Source: Candidatus Moraniibacteriota bacterium (GTDB lineage Bacteria; Patescibacteriota; Minisyncoccia; Moranbacterales; DUUL01). Taken from it: 64,000 nt of DNA. The notes beneath the pieces were generated by a model that was not told the origin of the DNA, searched no databases, and saw only the letters and a program-made list of their open reading frames with translations. The stretch covers positions 401,541-465,540 of the forward strand of contig JAXHLG010000002.1 of the NCBI GenBank assembly GCA_034522495.1. Direction: 5' to 3'. A program made the position numbers and the translations under genes. Positions within the stretch are counted from its first letter, which is position 1, and each line of letters opens with the position of its first letter. This document shows, piece after piece, positions 24,203-32,762 of the stretch.

Positions 24203-26879
24203 CTTTTCGGCGCGCGCGAAAAAAGCAGTTGAAAAAAGCGGGTCAACAGCCCCATAAAACGCCAAGGCCGTTCATATATATCTTAGGGAAAAAGCTATGA
24301 AATATTTAAATAAATCAAGTCCGATATCCTGTATATTATTATTGGCCTTGTTTTCCCTCCTCTTTTCCTTCTCAACGCTAGGCGGCAATAACGCTTCAGC
24401 TGTTGTTATGATACCCTCGGGAGAAGACGGCGCTGAGGATAAAACAATTGCTGATATTAGCATCAGCCAATTAAAAGTGGTTGAACAAAAAGACCATCAA
24501 GTCAAGCTGTCTTTTGCTGTTTACAATCTTTCCAACAGATTTCAGCCGGATGTTGAATATGGCATAAGATTATTCAGGAAAGAGGCGGTTGAGTCGGAGC
24601 ACGGCACGGAAGAAGAGGGAACAAGCTCCAAAGAGTTTCACCCGGGGGATGTCTTGTATGAGAAAATAGATCCCGAGAGCATGGATTTATCTCCAGGAGA
24701 GAAAATTGACAAGAAAGAGGCCTACGAGATGCCTTCCCATCTGGAAGGAGAATTCCTAATCCAGTTATTTGCCAAGACTTCCTCCGGCCTGTTTTTGGGT
24801 ATGGCCGAAACTGAAGTTGTAAAAATGGAAAAAGGAGAAGACGGCATAGAGCTGGACCACAAAGAATGCCGCCTTCTGAAGAATTCCAATACAGAAGAAG
24901 AATACGCTCTGTCCGATCCGATATACATTAATTCTCAAGAGCAATTAGCCATCAAATGCTTATTGAGCAATGATTCCCCGGAAACAAGAACGATAATGCC
25001 CGCCTTTGATATTTATGAAGAAAGCATTTTCGGGGAAAAAATAGAAACGGAATCAAACCCCGGCAAGATTTCAATTGAACCGAAAGAATCCAGAGAGATA
25101 AGCCTGAATGTACCGAAAACTAAATCCCCCGGTTCGTATTATGCTGCTTTGCATTTAAAGCAGGGGGAAGCGGCGGTTTCTAACAGGATATATTTCAACT
25201 ATGCCGTAGAAGGGTTATCCGCCTCCATTTATGACATCAAGGCGAATCAAGAAGAAAATCAAAACATCTCGGTTTCTTTTTACTGGAGCGGAATCAGGGA
25301 GAATTTTGCTCCCGGGACTCAAGAAAGGCCAAGCCCAAAAAATCAAGACCTTCAACTAAGCCTAAGAATCGTTGACCAGCATGGAAAAGACTGCGCTTCT
25401 CCCGTAACAAAATCTTTAAGCGGCGAAAAGAATTACTCGGAATTTTCTACTTCCGTGATCAAAAGCTGCGCTTCTCCTTACGCGGAAGCCAAGATAAAAA
25501 ACCAAAAAGGCGAGGTTCTCGACGAAATTAAAGTTAGAGCCGCCTCCATGGAAAAGAAAGAAAAGAAAGAAGCTGCTCCCGGGGAAAACGCTTCCGAGGA
25601 CAACGCCCTGATTTTAATTGCCTCAGCTCTGATTGTTTTGTTCTTGATTTTTCTTCTGTGGTGGCTTTTGGTTAAGAAAAAGCTGCTCAAAAAGAGCTTT
25701 CTGGCCTTGTTTGTCTTTTTGTCAGCTTTTGTTTTTCTGGCATGGGATATTGGAGAGGTGAACGCGGGAGGTTGGAAATGGCTTGGTTATCGTATGCTAG
25801 GATATACTAGTCAACCTAACCACTGGGAACCTAAGGATTATTACACATATCATTATTATGAAGATGAAAGCTACCCCGCTCAGGCGGATGATGAGATTAC
25901 CGGTCAAATTTATGGGAAACTTTATGGAAAGCACTGTAGCGGCTGGATGAAGGTTAACGGTGTTACGGTGTGGCGCCTACGGTTTCCAACAGACTTTGGC
26001 AGTGGTTCTGGTCCTGGTACTTATATTAGCGGTCAAAGGAGCTGGCCGCATGGATGTGAAGGTACTTACCGGGTTGAATATGAGTGGATGTTTAATTATG
26101 ATAGTAGTGGTGATGGTGTTTGCAACGAAACAGCTGAAGGAGATAACACTCAGAAGTATAAAATTATTTGCGATGAAGCCGAAGATTATCGCTGCCGCTG
26201 GAATAGCGTGTGGAAATACGACGCCTGCGGCTGCCCCGACGAATATATTGAAAGCTGCCCCACCGGATACTGCGATTACGGAGGCGACGTGGATTATTAT
26301 TGTTCCGGAGACAAGCTGATGGGCGTGTATGATTACGTAAGACAAGGCTGCCGGGCGGGAGCTTGCTATACTGGCAATGTATGGCACAACTCCTGCGGAT
26401 CATTTGTAAAAGAGGATTGCTCTGATCTGCCCAACTATTGCGAAGAGTGGGATGATGACTGGACTTGTAAAGACGAAACCACGAAAATGAAAAGCAGGGA
26501 ATGCTATAATTCCGGCTGTTCTTCCGCCTCTTGCTACGGAGATTCATATACTGAAACTAAAGAAGAGGAATGCTTGAAAGACGGAGTTCAGGGCAGATGC
26601 ATCAACGGCGCTTGTTTCTATCAAGGAGCCTGCGGCAGCGCAAATGACTCGGATCCGACGTGCGAGGCGCCGAAAGACAATTTATGTTTAATTAATTTTT
26701 ATGACGACCCAGTGGTCCGGTACGACAGCGCTGACGGCGATAAGTCAAAAGACAAATACTACTGGACCTGCGAAGGAGCCGATCAAGACAGCGATCAGGA
26801 TGATGCTAATTGCAGCGTGGAAAGAGATTGCCAAGTAACGTCAGAGGGCTGGCGCGAGGCGTCGTTTTGATTGTTCTGC
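24203..26879 (+). repeat. Tandem repeat unit 1 (2677 bp)
   Basis: Starts at cttttcggcgcgcgcgaaaaaagc. The same junction recurs at 26880 and 29560. Confidence 0.95.
24297..26870 (+). CDS. Surface protein, copy 1 (857 aa): signal peptide, about 430-aa N-terminal domain, TM hairpin, Cys-rich C-terminal domain
   Basis: SP LLLALFSLLFSFSTLGGNNASA. TM1 ALILIASALIVLFLIFLLWWLLV, loop KKKLLKKS, TM2 FLALFVFLSAFVFLAW. 28 Cys after TM2 (my count). Terminal CGSAN...LC...YWTC...CSV module. Confidence 0.8.
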   Translation: MKYLNKSSPISCILLLALFSLLFSFSTLGGNNASAVVMIPSGEDGAEDKTIADISISQLKVVEQKDHQVKLSFAVYNLSNRFQPDVEYGIRLFRKEAVESEHGTEEEGTSSKEFHPGDVLYEKIDPESMDLSPGEKIDKKEAYEMPSHLEGEFLIQLFAKTSSGLFLGMAETEVVKMEKGEDGIELDHKECRLLKNSNTEEEYALSDPIYINSQEQLAIKCLLSNDSPETRTIMPAFDIYEESIFGEKIETESNPGKISIEPKESREISLNVPKTKSPGSYYAALHLKQGEAAVSNRIYFNYAVEGLSASIYDIKANQEENQNISVSFYWSGIRENFAPGTQERPSPKNQDLQLSLRIVDQHGKDCASPVTKSLSGEKNYSEFSTSVIKSCASPYAEAKIKNQKGEVLDEIKVRAASMEKKEKKEAAPGENASEDNALILIASALIVLFLIFLLWWLLVKKKLLKKSFLALFVFLSAFVFLAWDIGEVNAGGWKWLGYRMLGYTSQPNHWEPKDYYTYHYYEDESYPAQADDEITGQIYGKLYGKHCSGWMKVNGVTVWRLRFPTDFGSGSGPGTYISGQRSWPHGCEGTYRVEYEWMFNYDSSGDGVCNETAEGDNTQKYKIICDEAEDYRCRWNSVWKYDACGCPDEYIESCPTGYCDYGGDVDYYCSGDKLMGVYDYVRQGCRAGACYTGNVWHNSCGSFVKEDCSDLPNYCEEWDDDWTCKDETTKMKSRECYNSGCSSASCYGDSYTETKEEECLKDGVQGRCINGACFYQGACGSANDSDPTCEAPKDNLCLINFYDDPVVRYDSADGDKSKDKYYWTCEGADQDSDQDDANCSVERDCQVTSEGWREASF

Positions 26880-29559
26880 CTTTTCGGCGCGCGCGAAAAA
26901 AGCAGTTGAAAAAAGCGGGTCAACAGCCCCATAAAACGCCAAGGCCGTTCATATATATCTTAGGGAAAAAGCTATGAAATATTTAAATAAATCAAGTCCG
27001 ATATCCTGTATATTATTATTGGCCTTGTTTTCCCTCCTCTTTTCCTTCTCAACGCTAGGCGGCAATAACGCTTCAGCTGTTGTTATGATACCCTCGGGAG
27101 AAGACGGCGCTGAGGATAAAACAATTGCTGATATTAGCATCAGCCAATTAAAAGTGGTTGAACAAAAAGACCATCAAGTCAAGCTGTCTTTTGCTGTTTA
27201 CAATCTTTCCAACAGATTTCAGCCGGATGTTGAATATGGCATAAGATTATTCAGGAAAGAGGCGGTTGAGTCGGAGCACGGCACGGAAGAAGAGGGAACA
27301 AGCTCCAAAGAGTTTCACCCGGGGGATGTCTTGTATGAGAAAATAGATCCCGAGAGCATGGATTTATCTCCAGGAGAGAAAATTGACAAGAAAGAGGCCT
27401 ACGAGATGCCTTCCCATCTGGAAGGAGAATTCCTAATCCAGTTATTTGCCAAGACTTCCTCCGGCCTGTTTTTGGGTATGGCCGAAACTGAAGTTGTAAA
27501 AATGGAAAAAGGAGAAGACGGCATAGAGCTGGACCACAAAGAATGCCGCCTTCTGAAGAATTCCAATACAGAAGAAGAATACGCTCTGTCCGATCCGATA
27601 TACATTAATTCTCAAGAGCAATTAGCCATCAAATGCTTATTGAGCAATGATTCCCCGGAAACAAGAACGATAATGCCCGCCTTTGATATTTATGAAGAAA
27701 GCATTTTCGGGGAAAAAATAGAAACGGAATCAAACCCCGGCAAGATTTCAATTGAACCGAAAGAATCCAGAGAGATAAGCCTGAATGTACCGAAAACTAA
27801 ATCCCCCGGTTCGTATTATGCTGCTTTGCATTTAAAGCAGGGGGAAGCGGCGGTTTCTAACAGGATATATTTCAACTATGCCGTAGAAGGGTTATCCGCC
27901 TCCATTTATGACATCAAGGCGAATCAAGAAGAAAATCAAAACATCTCGGTTTCTTTTTACTGGAGCGGAATCAGGGAGAATTTTGCTCCCGGGACTCAAG
28001 AAAGGCCAAGCCCAAAAAATCAAGACCTTCAACTAAGCCTAAGAATCGTTGACCAGCATGGAAAAGACTGCGCTTCTCCCGTAACAAAATCTTTAAGCGG
28101 CGAAAAGAATTACTCGGAATTTTCTACTTCCGTGATCAAAAGCTGCGCTTCTCCTTACGCGGAAGCCAAGATAAAAAACCAAAAAGGCGAGGTTCTCGAC
28201 GAAATTAAAGTTAGAGCCGCCTCCATGGAAAAGAAAGAAAAGAAAGAAGCTGCTCCCGGGGAAAACGCTTCCGAGGACAACGCCCTGATTTTAATTGCCT
28301 CAGCTCTGATTGTTTTGTTCTTGATTTTTCTTCTGTGGTGGCTTTTGGTTAAGAAAAAGCTGCTCAAAAAGAGCTTTCTGGCCTTATTTGTCTTTTTGTC
28401 AGCTTTTGTTTTTCTGGCATGGGATATTGGAGAGGTGAACGCGGGAGGTTGGAAATGGCTTGGTTATCAAATGCTAGGATATAGTTATCAGGATGGACAT
28501 ACTTATGTATATCATTATTATAATGATGAAAACTACTCCTGGTCGGTGGATAATTGGCAGGCGGATGATGAGATCACCGGTCGAATTTTTGGGAGACTTT
28601 ATGGAAAGCACTGCAATGGCTGGATGAAGGTTAACGGTGTTACGGTGTGGCGCCTACGGTTTCCAACAGACTTTGGTAGTAGTTCTGGTCCTGGTACTTC
28701 TGTTAGCGGTCAAAGGAGCTGGCCGCATGGATGCGCCGAAGGTACCTATCGGGTTAAATATGAGTGGATGTTTAATTATGATAGTAGTGGTGATGGTGTT
28801 TGCAACGAAACAGCTGAAGGAGATCTCACTCAGAAGTATAAAATTATTTGCGATGAAGCCGAAGATTATCGCTGCCGCCGGAATAGCGTGTGGAAATACG
28901 ACGCCTGCGACTGTCCCGACGAATATATTGAAAGCTGCCCCACCGGATACTGCGATTACGGAGGCGACGTGGATTATTATTGTTCCGGAGACAAGCTGAT
29001 GGGCGTGTATGATTACGTAAGACAAGGCTGCCGGGCGGGAGCTTGCTATACTGGCAATGTATGGCACAACTCCTGCGGATCATTTGTAAAAGAGGATTGC
29101 TCTGATCTGCCCAACTATTGCGAAGAGTGGGATGATGACTGGACTTGTAAAGACGAAACCACGAAAATGAAAAGCAGGGAATGCTATAATTCCGGCTGTT
29201 CTTCCGCCTCTTGCTACGGAGATTCATATACTGAAACTAAAGAAGAGGAATGCTTGAAAGACGGAGTTCAGGGCAGATGCATCAACGGCGCTTGTTTCTA
29301 TCAAGGAGCCTGCGGCAGCGCAAATGAATCGGAGTCGACATGCGAGGCGCCGAAAGACAATTTATGTTTAATTAATTTTTATGACGACCCAGTGGTCCGG
29401 TACGACAGCGCTGACGGCGATAAGTCAAAAGACAAATACTACTGGACCTGCGAAGGAGCCGATCAAGACAGCGATCAGGATGATGCTAATTGCAGCGTGG
29501 AAAGAGATTGCCAAGTAACGTCAGAGGGCTGGCGCGAGGCGTCGTTTTGATTGTTCTGC
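26880..29559 (+). repeat. Tandem repeat unit 2 (2680 bp)
   Basis: ORF start offset 26974-24297 = 2677. Identical upstream 94 nt. Confidence 0.95.
26974..29550 (+). CDS. Surface protein, copy 2 (858 aa)
   Basis: First 498 aa identical to copy 1. Different variable cassette. Private substitutions CRRNS, ACDCP, ANESESTCE. Confidence 0.8.
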   Translation: MKYLNKSSPISCILLLALFSLLFSFSTLGGNNASAVVMIPSGEDGAEDKTIADISISQLKVVEQKDHQVKLSFAVYNLSNRFQPDVEYGIRLFRKEAVESEHGTEEEGTSSKEFHPGDVLYEKIDPESMDLSPGEKIDKKEAYEMPSHLEGEFLIQLFAKTSSGLFLGMAETEVVKMEKGEDGIELDHKECRLLKNSNTEEEYALSDPIYINSQEQLAIKCLLSNDSPETRTIMPAFDIYEESIFGEKIETESNPGKISIEPKESREISLNVPKTKSPGSYYAALHLKQGEAAVSNRIYFNYAVEGLSASIYDIKANQEENQNISVSFYWSGIRENFAPGTQERPSPKNQDLQLSLRIVDQHGKDCASPVTKSLSGEKNYSEFSTSVIKSCASPYAEAKIKNQKGEVLDEIKVRAASMEKKEKKEAAPGENASEDNALILIASALIVLFLIFLLWWLLVKKKLLKKSFLALFVFLSAFVFLAWDIGEVNAGGWKWLGYQMLGYSYQDGHTYVYHYYNDENYSWSVDNWQADDEITGRIFGRLYGKHCNGWMKVNGVTVWRLRFPTDFGSSSGPGTSVSGQRSWPHGCAEGTYRVKYEWMFNYDSSGDGVCNETAEGDLTQKYKIICDEAEDYRCRRNSVWKYDACDCPDEYIESCPTGYCDYGGDVDYYCSGDKLMGVYDYVRQGCRAGACYTGNVWHNSCGSFVKEDCSDLPNYCEEWDDDWTCKDETTKMKSRECYNSGCSSASCYGDSYTETKEEECLKDGVQGRCINGACFYQGACGSANESESTCEAPKDNLCLINFYDDPVVRYDSADGDKSKDKYYWTCEGADQDSDQDDANCSVERDCQVTSEGWREASF

Positions 29560-32235
29560 CTTTTCGGCGCGCGCGAAAAAAGCAGTTGAAAAAAGCGGGT
29601 CAACAGCCCCATAAAACGCCAAGGCCGTTCATATATATCTTAGGGAAAAAGCTATGAAATATTTAAATAAATCAAGTCCGATATCCTGTATATTATTATT
29701 GGCCTTGTTTTCCCTCCTCTTTTCCTTCTCAACGCTAGGCGGCAATAACGCTTCAGCTGTTGTTATGATACCCTCGGGAGAAGACGGCGCTGAGGATAAA
29801 ACAATTGCTGATATTAGCATCAGCCAATTAAAAGTGGTTGAACAAAAAGACCATCAAGTCAAGCTGTCTTTTGCTGTTTACAATCTTTCCAACAGATTTC
29901 AGCCGGATGTTGAATATGGCATAAGATTATTCAGGAAAGAGGCGGTTGAGTCGGAGCACGGCACGGAAGAAGAGGGAACAAGCTCCAAAGAGTTTCACCC
30001 GGGGGATGTCTTGTATGAGAAAATAGATCCCGAGAGCATGGATTTATCTCCAGGAGAGAAAATTGACAAGAAAGAGGCCTACGAGATGCCTTCCCATCTG
30101 GAAGGAGAATTCCTAATCCAGTTATTTGCCAAGACTTCCTCCGGCCTGTTTTTGGGTATGGCCGAAACTGAAGTTGTAAAAATGGAAAAAGGAGAAGACG
30201 GCATAGAGCTGGACCACAAAGAATGCCGCCTTCTGAAGAATTCCAATACAGAAGAAGAATACGCTCTGTCCGATCCGATATACATTAATTCTCAAGAGCA
30301 ATTAGCCATCAAATGCTTATTGAGCAATGATTCCCCGGAAACAAGAACGATAATGCCCGCCTTTGATATTTATGAAGAAAGCATTTTCGGGGAAAAAATA
30401 GAAACGGAATCAAACCCCGGCAAGATTTCAATTGAACCGAAAGAATCCAGAGAGATAAGCCTGAATGTACCGAAAACTAAATCCCCCGGTTCGTATTATG
30501 CTGCTTTGCATTTAAAGCAGGGGGAAGCGGCGGTTTCTAACAGGATATATTTCAACTATGCCGTAGAAGGGTTATCCGCCTCCATTTATGACATCAAGGC
30601 GAATCAAGAAGAAAATCAAAACATCTCGGTTTCTTTTTACTGGAGCGGAATCAGGGAGAATTTTGCTCCCGGGACTCAAGAAAGGCCAAGCCCAAAAAAT
30701 CAAGACCTTCAACTAAGCCTAAGAATCGTTGACCAGCATGGAAAAGACTGCGCTTCTCCCGTAACAAAATCTTTAAGCGGCGAAAAGAATTACTCGGAAT
30801 TTTCTACTTCCGTGATCAAAAGCTGCGCTTCTCCTTACGCGGAAGCCAAGATAAAAAACCAAAAAGGCGAGGTTCTCGACGAAATTAAAGTTAGAGCCGC
30901 CTCCATGGAAAAGAAAGAAAAGAAAGAAGCTGCTCCCGGGGAAAACGCTTCCGAGGACAACGCCCTGATTTTAATTGCCTCAGCTCTGATTGTTTTGTTC
31001 TTGATTTTTCTTCTGTGGTGGCTTTTGGTTAAGAAAAAGCTGCTCAAAAAGAGCTTTCTGGCCTTATTTGTCTTTTTGTCAGCTTTTGTTTTTCTGGCAT
31101 GGGATATTGGAGAGGTGAACGCGGGAGGTTGGAAATGGCTTGGTTATCAAATGCTAGGATATAGTTATCAGGATGGACATACTTATGTATATCATTATTA
31201 TAATGATGAAAACTACTCCTGGTCGGTGGATAATTGGCAGGCGGATGATGAGATCACCGGTCGAATTTTTGGGAGACTTTATGGAAAGCACTGCAATGGC
31301 TGGATGAAGGTTAACGGTGTTACGGTGTGGCGCCTACGGTTTCCAACAGACTTTGGTAGTAGTTCTGGTCCTGGTACTTCTGTTAGCGGTCAAAGGAGCT
31401 GGCCGCATGGATGCGCCGAAGGTACCTATCGGGTTAAATATGAGTGGATGTTTAATTATGATAGTAGTGGTGATGGTGTTTGCAACGAAACAGCTGAAGG
31501 AGATCTCACTCAGAAGTATAAAATTATTTGCGATGAAGCCGAAGATTATCGCTGCCGCTGGAATAGCGTGTGGAAATACGACGCCTGCGGCTGCCCCGAC
31601 GAATATATTGAAAGCTGCCCCACCGGATACTGCGATTACGGAGGCGACGTGGATTATTATTGTTCCGGAGACAAGCTGATGGGCGTGTATGATTACGTAA
31701 GACAAGGCTGCCGGGCGGGAGCTTGCTATACTGGCAATGTATGGCACAACTCCTGCGGATCATTTGTAAAAGAGGATTGCTCTGATCTGCCCAACTATTG
31801 CGAAGAGTGGGATGATGACTGGACTTGTAAAGACGAAACCACGAAAATGAAAAGCAGGGAATGCTATAATTCCGGCTGTTCTTCCGCCTCTTGCTACGGA
31901 GATTCATATACTGAAACTAAAGAAGAGGAATGCTTGAAAGACGGAGTTCAGGGCAGATGCATCAACGGCGCTTGTTTCTATCAAGGAGCCTGCGGCAGCG
32001 CAAATGACTCGGATCCGACGTGCGAGGCGCCGAAAGACAATTTATGTTTAATTAATTTTTATGACGACCCAGTGGTCCGGTACGACAGCGCTGACGGCGA
32101 TAAGTCAAAAGACAAATACTACTGGACCTGCGAAGGAGCCGATCAAGACAGCGATCAGGATGATGCTAATTGCAGCGTGGAAAGAGATTGCCAAGTAACG
32201 TCAGAGGGCTGGCGCGAGGCGTCGTTTTGATTGTT
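29560..32235 (+). repeat. Tandem repeat unit 3 (ends just after the stop codon)
   Basis: ORF start offset 29654-26974 = 2680. Homology ends at tgattgtt|aataaagg. Confidence 0.95.
29654..32230 (+). CDS. Surface protein, copy 3 (858 aa), chimeric between copy 2 (5' part) and copy 1 (3' part)
   Basis: The variable cassette equals copy 2. Downstream sites (CRWNS, ACGCP, ANDSDPTCE) equal copy 1. Confidence 0.8.
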   Translation: MKYLNKSSPISCILLLALFSLLFSFSTLGGNNASAVVMIPSGEDGAEDKTIADISISQLKVVEQKDHQVKLSFAVYNLSNRFQPDVEYGIRLFRKEAVESEHGTEEEGTSSKEFHPGDVLYEKIDPESMDLSPGEKIDKKEAYEMPSHLEGEFLIQLFAKTSSGLFLGMAETEVVKMEKGEDGIELDHKECRLLKNSNTEEEYALSDPIYINSQEQLAIKCLLSNDSPETRTIMPAFDIYEESIFGEKIETESNPGKISIEPKESREISLNVPKTKSPGSYYAALHLKQGEAAVSNRIYFNYAVEGLSASIYDIKANQEENQNISVSFYWSGIRENFAPGTQERPSPKNQDLQLSLRIVDQHGKDCASPVTKSLSGEKNYSEFSTSVIKSCASPYAEAKIKNQKGEVLDEIKVRAASMEKKEKKEAAPGENASEDNALILIASALIVLFLIFLLWWLLVKKKLLKKSFLALFVFLSAFVFLAWDIGEVNAGGWKWLGYQMLGYSYQDGHTYVYHYYNDENYSWSVDNWQADDEITGRIFGRLYGKHCNGWMKVNGVTVWRLRFPTDFGSSSGPGTSVSGQRSWPHGCAEGTYRVKYEWMFNYDSSGDGVCNETAEGDLTQKYKIICDEAEDYRCRWNSVWKYDACGCPDEYIESCPTGYCDYGGDVDYYCSGDKLMGVYDYVRQGCRAGACYTGNVWHNSCGSFVKEDCSDLPNYCEEWDDDWTCKDETTKMKSRECYNSGCSSASCYGDSYTETKEEECLKDGVQGRCINGACFYQGACGSANDSDPTCEAPKDNLCLINFYDDPVVRYDSADGDKSKDKYYWTCEGADQDSDQDDANCSVERDCQVTSEGWREASF

Positions 32236-32270
32236 AATAAAGGAAAAAGATTGATAAGGTAAAAGTTTTA

Positions 32271-32298
32271 TTGACAGGTTTTTCTCGAGATGTATTAT
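32271..32298 (+). promoter_or_regulatory. Sigma70-like promoter of the 130-aa anchor-protein gene
   Basis: TTGACA (32271-32276), 16-nt spacer, TATTAT (32293-32298). Homologous to the split promoter at 22350 / 23705. Confidence 0.45.
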
Positions 32299-32330
32299 AG
32301 GAGATAAGTACTGAAATTAAAAAAACCAAA

Positions 32331-32723
32331 ATGCAAAATAAAAAAATGGTTATATTAATAGTTTTGATTGTTTTAGTCCTCTTGTGTGCAGGAGTTTTTG
32401 GTTATTTGATTTATGCGGAAAAAGCTGAGCAAAAAAAGTCGGGACGAAACAATCAGGATTTGTTAGATCAAGAAAAGGAGGATGAGGGAAAAGAAGAAAA
32501 AAGCTGGGGTGATATGTCGGATGAAGAAAAGGATAAAATTTTGAACGAGAGAGTTCCCTTGGAAGAGTCATCAGGTGGCACTAATGATAATAGTGAAACA
32601 GGTGGCGGGAACACCAAGATTCATTCAGAAGAAGAGGTGCAGGGGTTGCTTCTTAATGAAAGAGAGTCTGCGCCGGAAGGAGGACCCACCAAAGAGGACG
32701 CACTCAAGGTTTTAAATGAATAA
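32331..32723 (+). CDS. Small N-terminally membrane-anchored protein, paralog family member 2
   Basis: MQNKKMVILIVLIVLVLLCAGVFGYLIYAEK followed by an acidic, low-complexity ectodomain. Confidence 0.65.
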   Translation: MQNKKMVILIVLIVLVLLCAGVFGYLIYAEKAEQKKSGRNNQDLLDQEKEDEGKEEKSWGDMSDEEKDKILNERVPLEESSGGTNDNSETGGGNTKIHSEEEVQGLLLNERESAPEGGPTKEDALKVLNE

Positions 32724-32762
32724 TTGCTGTTATCTTAAGATTTTATAATTAAAATAATAATA

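Noticed and set aside
25791-26146. The variable cassette in the tandem surface genes as a diversity-generating retroelement (DGR) target
   Set aside because: The window has no reverse transcriptase or template repeat. The cassette alleles differ by an indel and by wholesale replacement. The point differences between copies are a mix of transitions and transversions, not adenine-specific. Recombination or gene conversion explains the pattern better.
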